Positions 1-10,216 of a stretch of DNA of 64,000 nt are shown here, one piece after another. Position 1 is the stretch's first letter, and each line of letters starts with the position of its first letter. The stretch is from Candidatus Melainabacteria bacterium (lineage in GTDB: Bacteria; Cyanobacteriota; Vampirovibrionia; Obscuribacterales; Obscuribacteraceae), in the NCBI GenBank assembly GCA_963847765.1, contig CAWKBA010000008.1:10643-74642 (forward strand). The letters run 5' to 3'. Made by a program: the position numbers and the translations under genes. A model generated the notes under the pieces. That model did no database searches. It was given only the letters and a program-made list of their open reading frames with translations, and was not told the DNA's origin.

Positions 1-146
1 AGCTCACCTTGAAAACTGCCGTTTTGATTTTCGGTCGGCGCCATATAAACAAGCGGGGTGGTCATGCCTGGTAAACACATAATCGGACTGGCGCTAATTA
101 AAAAAACTAGCACCGCTGAGATCAAGAAAGATGTTCCACGACTCAT
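1..146 (-). CDS. Partial CDS (N-terminus only, runs off the window); signal-peptide-like start, function unknown
   Basis: The reverse strand from the ATG at 146..144 reads MSRGTSFLISAVLVFLISASPIMCLPG..., which is hydrophobic and signal-like. It is open to the window edge. Confidence 0.3.
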   Translation of the reverse strand, partial: MSRGTSFLISAVLVFLISASPIMCLPGMTTPLVYMAPTENQNGSFQGE

Positions 147-240
147 GACGACCTTAATTGCTTCATACCCTCGTTTTATATTACTATTGCCTTGTCCTCT
201 TTTCATGAGGGATTTTAAAGATTAGTGAGCTGATAGCACC

Positions 241-1176
241 GTGGTAAGACATCAAAATCTGCTGGTAATCGTAGCCATATTATTTCTGGCAGCGATAATA
301 CTAGCCGCCAAAATGCAAAGACGTCTGAATGTGACAGTCCAACATTATTCTCTGGCCCCCCTGGGCACATGTATTACTGTGGCTTATGGTCCACATGTGA
401 ATGAAGGAGCTAATTTACTCGATCTGTATCTGCCTGAAAATTCCACAGCCGCTCAAATTAATAACAATAAAACAACACCATTGATTGTTTTTATCCATGG
501 GGGTGCCTGGCAAACTGGTGATAAATCCATGGTACCCAGCCCAAAAGAATTTACCGATCGCGGCTATGCTCTGGCCAGCATAAATTACCGATTAACGGGA
601 GACACACCACATCCGGCGCAAATTGAAGACTGCAAAACAGCTATAAACTGGCTGCATGATCATGCCAAAATTTTTAAAATCAATCCTGATCGCATAGGTG
701 TCTGGGGAATGTCGGCCGGCGGGCATCTGGTAGCCCTGCTTGGCACCACATGTGATATCAATTCACCAACATGGGCATCTCCACATGGGGTTCCCTGCCA
801 TGTGGAAGCTGTCTGCGACTGGTGCGGGCCAACCGATCTCACTACTATGGCCGGCCAGGCAGGCTCACACTATGTCCTTGCTCAAGCAGTAACATTATTT
901 TTGCAGGGAACCCCGGCAGGCAAACTTTCACTTGCCAGAGAAGCCAGTCCCATGACTTATGTACACAAAGGCTTGCCCCCATTTTTAATCATGCATGGAG
1001 ATAGAGACACAATTGTTCCTGTTGAACAAAGTAAGGAGTTTGCCAAAGCTTTAAAAGCTGCTCATGTCAATGTGACTTTGCAAATTGTCCCGGGAGCAAA
1101 TCACAATTTTGCTAATACGAAAACCATCAACACCGTATTTCATTTCTTTGATTCAATATTGAAAAAAGGAAATTAA
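241..1176 (+). CDS. Alpha/beta hydrolase (esterase/lipase type) with N-terminal membrane anchor or signal
   Basis: 311-aa ORF with a GTG start. It has the oxyanion-hole motif HGGAW, the nucleophile elbow GMSAGGH and a C-terminal HGDRD catalytic-type motif. The N-terminal segment is hydrophobic. Confidence 0.75.
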   Translation: MVRHQNLLVIVAILFLAAIILAAKMQRRLNVTVQHYSLAPLGTCITVAYGPHVNEGANLLDLYLPENSTAAQINNNKTTPLIVFIHGGAWQTGDKSMVPSPKEFTDRGYALASINYRLTGDTPHPAQIEDCKTAINWLHDHAKIFKINPDRIGVWGMSAGGHLVALLGTTCDINSPTWASPHGVPCHVEAVCDWCGPTDLTTMAGQAGSHYVLAQAVTLFLQGTPAGKLSLAREASPMTYVHKGLPPFLIMHGDRDTIVPVEQSKEFAKALKAAHVNVTLQIVPGANHNFANTKTINTVFHFFDSILKKGN

Positions 1177-2285
1177 TCGATATATTCGCGGAGGCGGCGG
1201 CTGCGATTAGGGTGCCTTAATTTGCGCAAAGCCTTAGCTTCGATTTGTCTAATTCGTTCACGCGTAACGCCAAAGAGCTGCCCCACTTCTTCCAGAGTGC
1301 GTTGCCTGCCATCATCAAGACCAAAACGCAAACGCAGAACATCACGCTCTCTAGGAGACAATGAAGCCATTACCTCCATGATGTCTTCGCGCAATAATTC
1401 TTGTGTAACCGAAGTAGAGGGTGTTTCAGCATCTCTGTCTTCAATAAAATCTCCCAATCGGCTGTCTTGTTCAGAACCCACTGGTGTCTCCAGAGATATG
1501 GGATCCTGAGCAATTTTGACAATATCCCTCAACTTGCCCAGTGAAATTTCCATACTTAAGGCAATTTCTTCTTCTGTAGGCTTGCGACTTTTGTCCTGGG
1601 AAAGCGCTCTTGTCACTTTCTTTAATTTATTAATCGTTTCCACCATATGCACCGGAATGCGAATGGTTCTGGCTTGATCAGCAATGGCTCTGGTAATCGC
1701 TTGCCTGATCCACCAGGTAGCATAAGTACTGAATTTGTAGCCTCTTTCATAGTCAAATTTTTCGGAAGCCCTTATTAAGCCAAGATTACCTTCTTGAATT
1801 AAATCAAGAAAAAGCATACCTCGTCCCACATATTTTTTGGCAATAGAGACAACAAGCCGCAAATTAGCCTGCACCAGCTTACGTTTAGCCACAGCTCCAT
1901 CAGCACCACCACTTTCTATTCTTCTTGCCAAATCAATTTCTTGATCTGCCGACAAAAGTGGAATCCGGCCAATTTCCCTCAAGTACATGCGCACCGGATC
2001 ATCAGAAGACAGCCCCTTGGACACTTCTTCTTCAAATTCCGGTGCATCGGCTTCAATTTTTTCCTGAGCTTCTTCAAGAAAAACCGCTTCTTCACCGGCA
2101 GCAACGGGAATATCTCCTTCTGCTTCTCCATCACCAGGCAAAAGCAGGTCTTCAAGACCGGAACGCTCTCGAGCTTTACCTGCTTCTTCCAGCCGATCAA
2201 GCTTGTTTATAAAAGTATCTTCTTTTCTCTTTCTTACGAACCAAGTTTTTATCCGCTCCGTTTTAGTACACAAAACACGGCACAA
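1173..2285 (-). CDS. rpoD: Primary-like sigma-70 family RNA polymerase sigma factor
   Basis: Region 1.2 is [11 protein letters not shown], region 2 is [19 protein letters not shown] and RTIRIPVHM, and region 4.2 is [30 protein letters not shown]. It lies directly downstream of dnaG, the conserved dnaG-rpoD arrangement. The exact start is uncertain. Confidence 0.9.
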   Translation of the reverse strand: MCRVLCTKTERIKTWFVRKRKEDTFINKLDRLEEAGKARERSGLEDLLLPGDGEAEGDIPVAAGEEAVFLEEAQEKIEADAPEFEEEVSKGLSSDDPVRMYLREIGRIPLLSADQEIDLARRIESGGADGAVAKRKLVQANLRLVVSIAKKYVGRGMLFLDLIQEGNLGLIRASEKFDYERGYKFSTYATWWIRQAITRAIADQARTIRIPVHMVETINKLKKVTRALSQDKSRKPTEEEIALSMEISLGKLRDIVKIAQDPISLETPVGSEQDSRLGDFIEDRDAETPSTSVTQELLREDIMEVMASLSPRERDVLRLRFGLDDGRQRTLEEVGQLFGVTRERIRQIEAKALRKLRHPNRSRRLREYID

Positions 2286-2294
2286 GCGCCTGCA

Positions 2295-4223
2295 CTACAT
2301 TACCAATTCTAAATTGATTTCGGCAATTTTTTGCTTGATGGCATCAATTTCATTCATTGTATTCATGGTTGGCAAGGTAATTCTTTCCAGACGGCTTAAT
2401 TCAGATATTTTACTCTGGAACAGATTATTCTTATCAGATTTGTCAACAACAGTCAGTTGATCACGCAATTTTTTCGTCAAAGCCGCAATACGCCCCTTAA
2501 CAAGTTTTACCCGAGATTGCAATAATAAGACAGACACAGGAATTTTTTGTTTCTTAATTTCCTCTGCTTTAAGGAGAATATCTACCAGGGCTGCCGATAC
2601 TGGTGGCTCAGCAGCAAAATAATTGAGCAGTTTATTGCCCAGTTGCTCAACATCATTGAAATTATCACCAAGTTCGTATATGGCTTTGATAATACGGCTG
2701 TGAGTGCTTGTGATTAGTTCTTCCTGTGCCAATGCCTGAAAGGCCAGGTCATAATCAGTCTTGTCAGAAAGAAAAGCAGCAATCAACCAGCGCTCAGCCT
2801 CAACCAGCCCATCTGCCATCTGCCGTCCATTCCGAACCGGCGTTTTCTGGTCCTTTACCTTAGCGTCACTGTGCTCGGAAATTGAATAATAGGCAGCCGC
2901 CTTTACCTTTCGCTGTGCGCCAGCGACATCAGATAGCAGGCTTTCTTCTCTAATATCAAGCTTGCTTGCCAATTGTCTTATATATTCACTACGGGCAACA
3001 GCATTTTTAATGCGGGCAAGAATAGGCACTGCTTTGCCTGCCGCCTCAATGCGGCCGTCACGTGTTTTGCTGTCGCAATCAGCCAGGGCTTGATCAAGCT
3101 CATATTCAAGCAAAGGTTGCGAATTTTCTAAAGCACCTTTGAATAAAGCCGCCCCATTTTCAGCCCGTAAACATTCATCAGGATCTTTGCCGCCGGTGAG
3201 ACGAATTACTCTTAGATCTATGCCCACACCCGAGGCTAGTTCTTCCAGGGTATGCGCCCCTTTTTCTATAGCTCTGGCACCGGCACTATCAGCATCAAAA
3301 GCCAGATAGACCCGTTTTGATTCTGTGTGACGAACAAGCAATTTCCCCTGTTCATTACTCAATGCCGTGCCTAAAGTGGCAACTGTATTATTAAAGCCAT
3401 TTACATGAGCGGTAATGGCATCAAAATAGCCTTCGACAACAATCACCGAATCTTGTGCTTTGATTGCCTCTCTGGCTAAAGGAAAAGCAAAGAGATGATC
3501 ACCTTTTTTATAAATAAGCGTTTCCGGAGAATTTAAATATTTAACCTGATCATCGCCCAATGTCCTGCCGCCAAAAGCAATTACCCGCCCCTGCTCATCA
3601 GCAATGGGGATAATAAGCCTGTGCCTGAACAAATCAAAATAGCCGCTGCCTTCTGTTCTATGCCTTGCCAATCCTGCCTCTGCCAGCGTGGATGCGGCCA
3701 CTTTATGGCTTGTCGAAAGATAATTGATTAAGCCATCCCAGCCAGGCGGAGCATAGCCAAGCCGGAATTTTTCCACCATGGTTTCGTTAATGCCGCGACT
3801 GGCTAAATATTGTCTGGCTATAGTGCCTTGAGTGGGATCCTTGAGCAGCTTGGCATAAAACTGGCAGGCTTGCTCATAAAGAAGCAAGAAAAAGCTGCGT
3901 TTTTTATGCTCAGTTTTTTCTTCTTCCGTTTCAATCAGGGTTACGCCATATTGGTTGGCTAACTGCCGCACTCCCTCAAGAAAATCGTAGCCCTTGGCCT
4001 TTTGGACAAAAGTAAAGACGTCCCCGCCTTCTCCACAGCCAAAACATTTGAATATGCCTTTGTCCGGGTTGACATAGAAAGATGGTGTTTTTTCTTTGTG
4101 AAATGGGCACAAGCCTTTATAGTCCTTGCCAACGCGTTTCAGGACCACCACTTCTGAAACAACTTCCAGGATATTGGCGCGACTGCGCACAGCCTCTATC
4201 ACTTCATTGTTTATTGCTTTCAA
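2295..4223 (-). CDS. dnaG: DNA primase
   Basis: 642-aa ORF with the CHC2 zinc finger CPFHKEKTPSFYVNPDKGIFKCFGCGEGGD and a TOPRIM region (VVEGYFD ... AFDADSAG). Confidence 0.92.
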   Translation of the reverse strand: MKAINNEVIEAVRSRANILEVVSEVVVLKRVGKDYKGLCPFHKEKTPSFYVNPDKGIFKCFGCGEGGDVFTFVQKAKGYDFLEGVRQLANQYGVTLIETEEEKTEHKKRSFFLLLYEQACQFYAKLLKDPTQGTIARQYLASRGINETMVEKFRLGYAPPGWDGLINYLSTSHKVAASTLAEAGLARHRTEGSGYFDLFRHRLIIPIADEQGRVIAFGGRTLGDDQVKYLNSPETLIYKKGDHLFAFPLAREAIKAQDSVIVVEGYFDAITAHVNGFNNTVATLGTALSNEQGKLLVRHTESKRVYLAFDADSAGARAIEKGAHTLEELASGVGIDLRVIRLTGGKDPDECLRAENGAALFKGALENSQPLLEYELDQALADCDSKTRDGRIEAAGKAVPILARIKNAVARSEYIRQLASKLDIREESLLSDVAGAQRKVKAAAYYSISEHSDAKVKDQKTPVRNGRQMADGLVEAERWLIAAFLSDKTDYDLAFQALAQEELITSTHSRIIKAIYELGDNFNDVEQLGNKLLNYFAAEPPVSAALVDILLKAEEIKKQKIPVSVLLLQSRVKLVKGRIAALTKKLRDQLTVVDKSDKNNLFQSKISELSRLERITLPTMNTMNEIDAIKQKIAEINLELVM

Positions 4224-4350
4224 GACCGTTGTCCTCTCCTGACCCTAATTCATACTACGCTAAAGCGCAGAAAAGGTTCATTTATTATAAGTTAGGCGCT
4301 GCCTCGGCTTCGTCCCTCGCCTCAACGCGCGTTCACACGCCTTACTCCCG

Positions 4351-4372
4351 CCGGCTCCTCGCCGCCGTTCGT
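4351..4372 (+). repeat. CTCCTCG-GTTC intergenic core motif copy
   Basis: ccggctcctcgccgccgttcgt lies in the dnaG/murQ divergent intergenic region. Confidence 0.5.
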
Positions 4373-4487
4373 TCGGCTAACAGCCCTACCACAATTACCT
4401 TATCTTCCGCTATGCTTAATATCTAATCAAAATCTTACTATAAAATTCAAACAAGTAAATATATCAACGATATACTATCCGAGCATA

Positions 4488-5411
4488 ATGAAACCTGCCA
4501 GCCAATTTGAACACCTGATTACCGAAGAGCGCAACCCGCGCACAAAGGATCTCGATCTTCTCAACACGGTTGATCTTGTCACCCGCGTTCAAGCAGAAGA
4601 TTCTCAAGTAATCCAGGCAGTTCAAAAGACCATACCGCAAATTGCTGCAGCTGTAGATTTAATTGTCGAACGTTTACATAAAGGGGGGCGGCTAATTTAT
4701 TTTGGCGCCGGCACCAGCGGCCGATTAGGCATACTCGACGCCTCTGAATGTCCGCCTACTTTTGGCATCAATTATGATCTAGTTACAGCTTATATTGCCG
4801 GTGGCAAAAACGCCGTTTTTGAAGCCGCAGAAGGAGCCGAGGATCGATCTGATTTAGGCGAACAGGATGTTCTTACAGCCAAGATCACAGCCAATGATAT
4901 TGCCTGTGGTATCACCGCCAGCGGTAGAACTCCATATGTGATTGGCGCTTTGCGCAAAGCAAAAGAGCTGGGAGCATCCAGAATAGGAGTTATTAATAAT
5001 GCTGTTAGTAACGCTAAAGAATTAGTTTCTTTATGCAATGTCACCATTGCCGCAGTCACTGGTCCGGAAGCCCTTACCGGCTCAACTAGAATGAAAGCCG
5101 GCTCAGCCCAAAAAATGGTACTTAACTTGCTTACTACTTGTACTATGGTTAAGCTGGGCAAAGTATATGAAAATCTGATGGTTGATGTGACACCAACAAA
5201 CGATAAATTAAAAGAAAGAGCTGTTTCCATCATTACCGCCGTATGTTCTGTGCCAGATGATACTGCCAGGACCGCTTTGGAAACTTCCGGGAACAGAGCC
5301 AAAACAGCCATTCTAATGATCAAGAAAAGAATTAGTCATTTACAGGCAGAAGAATTACTCGTTCAATGCGGCGGCTCGTTGCGTAAAGCGCTTACGAAAG
5401 AGCAGGTTTAA
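4488..5411 (+). CDS. murQ: N-acetylmuramic acid 6-phosphate etherase (SIS domain)
   Basis: 307 aa. EERNPRT, GAGTSGRLGILDASECPPTFG and TGSTRMKAGSAQKMVLN are typical MurQ motifs. Confidence 0.85.
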   Translation: MKPASQFEHLITEERNPRTKDLDLLNTVDLVTRVQAEDSQVIQAVQKTIPQIAAAVDLIVERLHKGGRLIYFGAGTSGRLGILDASECPPTFGINYDLVTAYIAGGKNAVFEAAEGAEDRSDLGEQDVLTAKITANDIACGITASGRTPYVIGALRKAKELGASRIGVINNAVSNAKELVSLCNVTIAAVTGPEALTGSTRMKAGSAQKMVLNLLTTCTMVKLGKVYENLMVDVTPTNDKLKERAVSIITAVCSVPDDTARTALETSGNRAKTAILMIKKRISHLQAEELLVQCGGSLRKALTKEQV

Positions 5412-5423
5412 ATTTTACATTCG

Positions 5424-6230
5424 CTAGTCGAATAACGCGGATCTGCGGCTTATTTTTAACCAGAACGAGTCGTCAAAGGTAGGGCTGAATTGCCACAAAA
5501 GCTTTTTCAGGTATTCCATTTTTGCTTTTATTATAGGATCGGATTTGGCCCTGTGATCCACAACTGAATAATTTACCATCATGTTAGCAAACACTTCCGC
5601 TTTGTCTTCATCAACGCCTGTTGTAGAATATCGATTTAAAAAACCAATAAGCGAATTGTCTGGAACTCCCAGACCAAGCTGGGATTGATAAAATTTTCCG
5701 CCTTTACCGTATGTAAAACTTGGGGGATTGAGAGCTTTCCATCCCTGATCATCATCAATGACCCCATCATCTCTAAAATCAATCATATGAAAGAATTCAT
5801 GGTGTATGACTATACGTTGATAATGCGGATCATAAGCTGCTCGTGCCACATCCAAATACAGCGTATTATTCGCCCAATCTGGAATAGCACCCCGCCGTTG
5901 ACCATCAAACACAAGATCCTCACAAAGAATAATTCGCTCTAAATCTGCTCGTTTAATTACATCCGGTGGATACAATGAGAACTCGTAAACAAAAATAGGA
6001 AGATATTTTATGAGGGACGTTGTTTCCGGATTTTTTCCATTAATCACCCATCGGCTGCTTTGAGCTGGGAAAATTTCATGATCAGTTTGGATAGTTATGT
6101 TTAATCGGTTCGCTAGGTTGTCTACCGGTCTCCTGTCGAACTCGGTTCCCCCAAAACTTTTATAAGGATTAAGAAATATCGATACCAGACAAACAAAAGC
6201 CAAAACTCTCATTGATATACCTCTTTTCAT
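5424..6230 (-). CDS. Secreted zincin-like protein with HExxH motif, family not recognised
   Basis: 268 aa with an N-terminal signal-like segment (MRVLAFVCLVSIFL) and an HExxH motif within IVIHHEFFHMIDF. It is the last gene of a three-gene same-strand cluster. Confidence 0.5.
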   Translation of the reverse strand: MKRGISMRVLAFVCLVSIFLNPYKSFGGTEFDRRPVDNLANRLNITIQTDHEIFPAQSSRWVINGKNPETTSLIKYLPIFVYEFSLYPPDVIKRADLERIILCEDLVFDGQRRGAIPDWANNTLYLDVARAAYDPHYQRIVIHHEFFHMIDFRDDGVIDDDQGWKALNPPSFTYGKGGKFYQSQLGLGVPDNSLIGFLNRYSTTGVDEDKAEVFANMMVNYSVVDHRAKSDPIIKAKMEYLKKLLWQFSPTFDDSFWLKISRRSALFD

Positions 6231-6236
6231 TTTTAG

Positions 6237-6497
6237 TCAGTAAATCCTTCGTCGGCATTTCTGGCAATAAACGCGCAAGCCGTTGGGCCTGAAGAATTTC
6301 ACTTCCGACCATTGTTTATCATGGACTAAGTAAAGCCGATCATCGCTTACACCGCGGTAAGCGATATGTACACGGGCATTGCAGCATGGAGAGCTATCAA
6401 TAGAGGAATCTTGTTGTTCGGGTTGTTTGTCCTTGCTTTTAAGATCTTTTCTTTTTGCTATAAGTCTGCTTATAAAGTTAGACAATATATTCTGCAT
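6237..6497 (-). CDS. Small Cys-containing protein (possible zinc ribbon), unknown function
   Basis: 86-aa ORF with SPCCNARVH and a C-terminal CQKCRRRIY. It is tightly packed between the flanking genes (5-6 nt gaps). Confidence 0.35.
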   Translation of the reverse strand: MQNILSNFISRLIAKRKDLKSKDKQPEQQDSSIDSSPCCNARVHIAYRGVSDDRLYLVHDKQWSEVKFFRPNGLRVYCQKCRRRIY

Positions 6498-6502
6498 ATT
6501 AG

Positions 6503-7522
6503 TTAGTTGAGAGGTAGATCGTTCATACCACTTTTCCCAGAAACCGTTCTATAGAGCTGCTCGGCCTTTGCATCGTCCTGACTTGCCTTGTCGGCTTGGC
6601 CAAGCTCTTTGTATGCTAATGCACGTTGTTGAAAATTAAACCATTGATAAGAACGCGGCAAAAATTGTTTGCAGCTTGCCGCACTAAAATCATCAACGGC
6701 TTTTTGATACTGTTTTGTTTGCATATAAGCATAGCCGCGCTCACTATTAATGTCTGGGTATTGAAATGGCGGAACAAATCGATCAAATGAAACACATTTT
6801 GAAAAGTCTTGAATAGCTTTATCATACTGTTGCGAACGATTATAAGCTTTCCCTCTGAGATGATAAGCATCGCCAACAAGGCTGTCATAGCCAACAGGTG
6901 GTTCTCGCTTCATTTCCTGAGGTTCTATCTTGATTATCTCGGTACAATCTAGAATCGCTCGCAGAAAATCGTTTTTCTTAAAATACGCCTGGCCGCGACT
7001 AAAGTAAATGTTATTTGCATATTCAGGGCGCAGAAAACTGTGTTTGCTATGCAAATACGTCAGAGTTTTAGGATATCCAGTTAATTCCAGTGCTTCGCTA
7101 AAATCAGCAATTGCTGCGTCGTATTTTGCCAACTTAGATAATTCATTACCACGATCTAAATAAAACTGAAACTCTTTGGGTTCAATCTTAATACATTGGC
7201 CATAATCGGAAATTGAGTCTCCATCTCTACCTTCTCGAGCCAGCAGCTCTGCTCGCCAAGAAAGAGCATGTAATTTTTTCTCCAACCCATCTGCAGGCTT
7301 CCAACTATCCAAAGCCTCACCAAGACATTGCACAGCCTCAGGGCACGGTGTATTTTCTCCCCACGGCGAGCATCTTTGGTATGCCGATAAGGCCTTGTCG
7401 AACCAAAGATCAAAAGGATTTGTGAAATATGTGTCTTTAATCCAGGACAGGCAGAATAACATATAGCCTGCCGCAGCGATTGCAGCGACCGTATAAAGCA
7501 TAGTTTTGGGCCGTTTCAACAT
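6503..7522 (-). CDS. Membrane-anchored TPR-repeat protein
   Basis: 339 aa with an N-terminal TM (MLYTVAAIAAAGYMLFCLSW). There are several TPR-like units, e.g. YFSRGQAYFKKNDFLRAILDCTEIIKIEP and YHLRGKAYNRSQQYDKAIQDFSKCV. Confidence 0.65.
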   Translation of the reverse strand: MLKRPKTMLYTVAAIAAAGYMLFCLSWIKDTYFTNPFDLWFDKALSAYQRCSPWGENTPCPEAVQCLGEALDSWKPADGLEKKLHALSWRAELLAREGRDGDSISDYGQCIKIEPKEFQFYLDRGNELSKLAKYDAAIADFSEALELTGYPKTLTYLHSKHSFLRPEYANNIYFSRGQAYFKKNDFLRAILDCTEIIKIEPQEMKREPPVGYDSLVGDAYHLRGKAYNRSQQYDKAIQDFSKCVSFDRFVPPFQYPDINSERGYAYMQTKQYQKAVDDFSAASCKQFLPRSYQWFNFQQRALAYKELGQADKASQDDAKAEQLYRTVSGKSGMNDLPLN

Positions 7523-7577
7523 TCTATTTCGAATCCTCCCTCCTGCATTCCTTAAATATTATTTCTTCGCTTCGATC

Positions 7578-7600
7578 GGGCTCGTAAACTTCGCCCCTAC
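7578..7600 (-). repeat. GTAGGGGC-family element, degenerate copy (intergenic)
   Basis: The plus strand reads gggctcgtaaacttcgcccctac. It contains the exact 8-mer GCCCCTAC but its stem is imperfect. Confidence 0.5.
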
Positions 7601-7693
7601 AATTTCTTCGTTATTACTTCGTTTCTGCACTGGCACAGCAATTCACGTGATACGTCGGCGGGCGAGGCGTAGCCTGCCCTTACCGGGTCATTG

Positions 7694-9232
7694 TTACAAT
7701 TTGGTTTTGGTTTCATCTTTTACTTTGGCAAAGGCAGGCAGAAAAATTGGCAAACTGACAATAAAAGTAGAGCCTTTGCCTAAAACAGAATCGACCTCAA
7801 TTGTACCGTGATGCCTGGCAATAATTTCTCGCGTAATGGCAAGCCCCAGGCCCGTACCACCACTAGCTCTGCTTCTGGCTTTGTCAGTACGATAAAAGCG
7901 ATCGAAAATACGTGGCAAGTCAGCAGGATCAATTCCTTGCCCTGTATCTTGAATTTTAATTTGCACTTGCTCATGCTCAGCCATTGCAACAGCCACCGTC
8001 ACTGAACCTTGCTCAGGAGTGTAATTAACGGCATTAGTTAAAATATTGATTAATGCCCTCTGTAATTGCAAATAATTACCGAGCACAGAAAGTCCGGGCG
8101 ATTCATCATTATCGGCACTGTCTTCAGGCAGTTGCATAGACAAATTTATTTTTTTTCGCTGTGCCTGAGGTTTAATTTCATCGACAGCATCACGAATAAG
8201 TTGCTGCAAATTGACTGGCTCATGGCCAACACTTTCAGGAGTGCCGTCTAACCGCGTGATATCCAGCAAATCCTGCAATAAGCTTGTCTGCCGATGTACT
8301 AGTTTTTCCAACGAATTAAGAAATTGCGCTCTCAACGTATTGTCTTCGGCAGCGCCTGCCTGCAAAGCTTCTACTACAGCGCTGATAGCCATGGTTGGTG
8401 TTTTTAATTCATGGCTGGCATTAGCAAGAAATTCCTGCCTCATCCGCTCTTGTTCAGCTAACCGTCCAATCATCTGGTTAAAAGAAAGCCCTAGCTCGCC
8501 AATTTCGTCGCGCCTGGACACAGGCACAAATTCGGAAATATCTCCTGATAAAGCAATATTTTTGGCCATGGCACTCATTTCTTGTACAGGCTTACTTATA
8601 CGCTTGGCTAGCCATAGACTAATTAAAGCAGTGACCACGCCTGTAGCTAAAATGATTTCTAGAAAAACAATTAAATCATGACGCAGGCGCTGGTCTAGAT
8701 TGGTCAGGGGAACGCCAACCCGAATTACTCCAGTTGTACTTCCCGCTGATCGTACCGGATAAGCAACATAATACCAATTCGTTTGTGTAGACTGAGCCTT
8801 CCGCGTGTAGAAAGCAACAATGCCGGCAAGAGCATCGTTGATTTCTGATTGATTAGAGATATTTTCGCCGTTGCCGTTTTTTAAATTAGCCTGTGAATCA
8901 GCTAATACATTACCGCTTTCATTAACTACTGTAATAGCTACATTTAATTTTGAGGCATGGCGATCGACTGCCTTCTTTATGCGCAATTTGGCTTGCATGG
9001 AATCAAGCACTAAATCATTGTCTATTTCCAGAGATAGATTAACTGCCGCCACTTCTAATGAATTGTTTAAATCTTTAATTGATTCAGTTTTAATCATCAG
9101 TAGCGCCCAGAGACTAACTGCAAACAAAGCCACTGTCACAACCAGCAAATAGCTGAAAAGAAGCTGGTTAGCAAGGCTGCTGAAAAACCAGCGGTAAATG
9201 GTTTTGAACAATTTGAACTCGAAAATATTCAT
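7694..9232 (-). CDS. Sensor histidine kinase (two TM segments, HAMP, HisKA, HATPase_c)
   Basis: 512 aa with the H-box ASHELKTPT, the N-box ILTNAVNYTP, and the G-boxes DTGQGI and GGTGLGLAI. No response regulator gene is adjacent. Confidence 0.85.
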   Translation of the reverse strand: MNIFEFKLFKTIYRWFFSSLANQLLFSYLLVVTVALFAVSLWALLMIKTESIKDLNNSLEVAAVNLSLEIDNDLVLDSMQAKLRIKKAVDRHASKLNVAITVVNESGNVLADSQANLKNGNGENISNQSEINDALAGIVAFYTRKAQSTQTNWYYVAYPVRSAGSTTGVIRVGVPLTNLDQRLRHDLIVFLEIILATGVVTALISLWLAKRISKPVQEMSAMAKNIALSGDISEFVPVSRRDEIGELGLSFNQMIGRLAEQERMRQEFLANASHELKTPTMAISAVVEALQAGAAEDNTLRAQFLNSLEKLVHRQTSLLQDLLDITRLDGTPESVGHEPVNLQQLIRDAVDEIKPQAQRKKINLSMQLPEDSADNDESPGLSVLGNYLQLQRALINILTNAVNYTPEQGSVTVAVAMAEHEQVQIKIQDTGQGIDPADLPRIFDRFYRTDKARSRASGGTGLGLAITREIIARHHGTIEVDSVLGKGSTFIVSLPIFLPAFAKVKDETKTKL

Positions 9233-9353
9233 AACAAGAGCTTAAGATATTTAGACCAATCTGAAAAGAAAGCCACAAGTGTTACTATAATCCCTAAATA
9301 GGGCAGGTCTGTAATTGGACAAATAATCATCATTAACCGGAGGTCTATTTCCA

Positions 9354-9692
9354 ATGTCTTCTGTGGCAAATGTAACCGATAGTAGTTTTGAACAAGAGGT
9401 ACTGAAAGCCGAAGTACCGGTATTAGTTGATTTCTGGGCGCCCTGGTGCGGCCCTTGTAAAGCAGTTGCGCCCGTAGTTGAGGACTTATCTCAAGAATAC
9501 GCTGGACGCCTGAAAGTAGTTAAGCTAAATACCGACGAAAACCCGAAAACAGCACAGGCATACACTATTCGGGGTATTCCCAGTCTATACCTTTTCAAGA
9601 GCGGGCAAGTTGTTGAGCAAATTGTAGGCGCCGTGCCTAAAGCAACACTTACATCAGCAATTAACAAGCATATGGAAGCTGTTAAGCGCTAA
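9354..9692 (+). CDS. trxA: Thioredoxin
   Basis: 112 aa with [14 protein letters not shown] and the cis-Pro motif GIPS. There is a GGAGG-like RBS upstream. Confidence 0.9.
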   Translation: MSSVANVTDSSFEQEVLKAEVPVLVDFWAPWCGPCKAVAPVVEDLSQEYAGRLKVVKLNTDENPKTAQAYTIRGIPSLYLFKSGQVVEQIVGAVPKATLTSAINKHMEAVKR

Positions 9693-9712
9693 TTGCTTGC
9701 ATCGGAAAATAA

Positions 9713-10216
9713 GTGAAGGAACTCTTGCTGGCTTTTATCTTGGCTCTGGTTATTGGCAGCATTATTAATGGCTGGCAGCAACAACCCAGCCCGCCAGCTC
9801 AAAGCTCAGGCACGGGCTCAAAGAACACGGGCGGAGCTTCGCCCCGCCCCTACGCGAACGCCGTTACAGGAGCGGGTCGCGATTTTCCTGTAACCGATAA
9901 TAGTTTTGAACAAGAAGTAGTAAAGGCTAAATTGCCGGTATTAGTAGATTTTTGGGCGCCCTGGTGCAGCCACTGTAAAACTATTGCTCCTGTAGTTGAA
10001 GACTTATCTCAAGAATATGCCGGGCGCCTGAAAGTAGTTAAGCTAAATACTGACGAAAATCGCAAAACTGCGCAGGCATATAATATACGGGGACTGCCAA
10101 GCCTATACATTTTCAAGAACGGGCAAGTTGTTGAACACATTGTTGGCGCTGCTCCTAAGGCAACACTGGTAGCAGCAATTAATAAATACGTTGAAGCCGT
10201 TGCGTCCGGAAAATAA
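9713..10216 (+). CDS. Membrane-anchored thioredoxin paralog (WCSHC active site)
   Basis: 167 aa. An N-terminal TM (MKELLLAFILALVIGSIINGW) is followed by a linker and a Trx domain. The Trx domain is closely similar to trxA at the nucleotide level by my hand alignment. Confidence 0.8.
   Translation: MKELLLAFILALVIGSIINGWQQQPSPPAQSSGTGSKNTGGASPRPYANAVTGAGRDFPVTDNSFEQEVVKAKLPVLVDFWAPWCSHCKTIAPVVEDLSQEYAGRLKVVKLNTDENRKTAQAYNIRGLPSLYIFKNGQVVEHIVGAAPKATLVAAINKYVEAVASGK
9828..9853 (-). repeat. GTAGGGGC hairpin element, in frame inside the thioredoxin paralog linker
   Basis: cgggcggagcttcgccccgcccctac is the near-exact reverse complement of the copy at 11086..11112. It is translated as GGASPRPY. Confidence 0.8.

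Noticed and set aside
4082-4426. A 114-aa ORF spans the dnaG start and the dnaG-murQ intergenic region.
   Set aside because: Its 5' part is antisense to dnaG. The remainder is a translation of the CG-rich intergenic repeat (..RRLLAAVRSANS..). It has no RBS or domain support.
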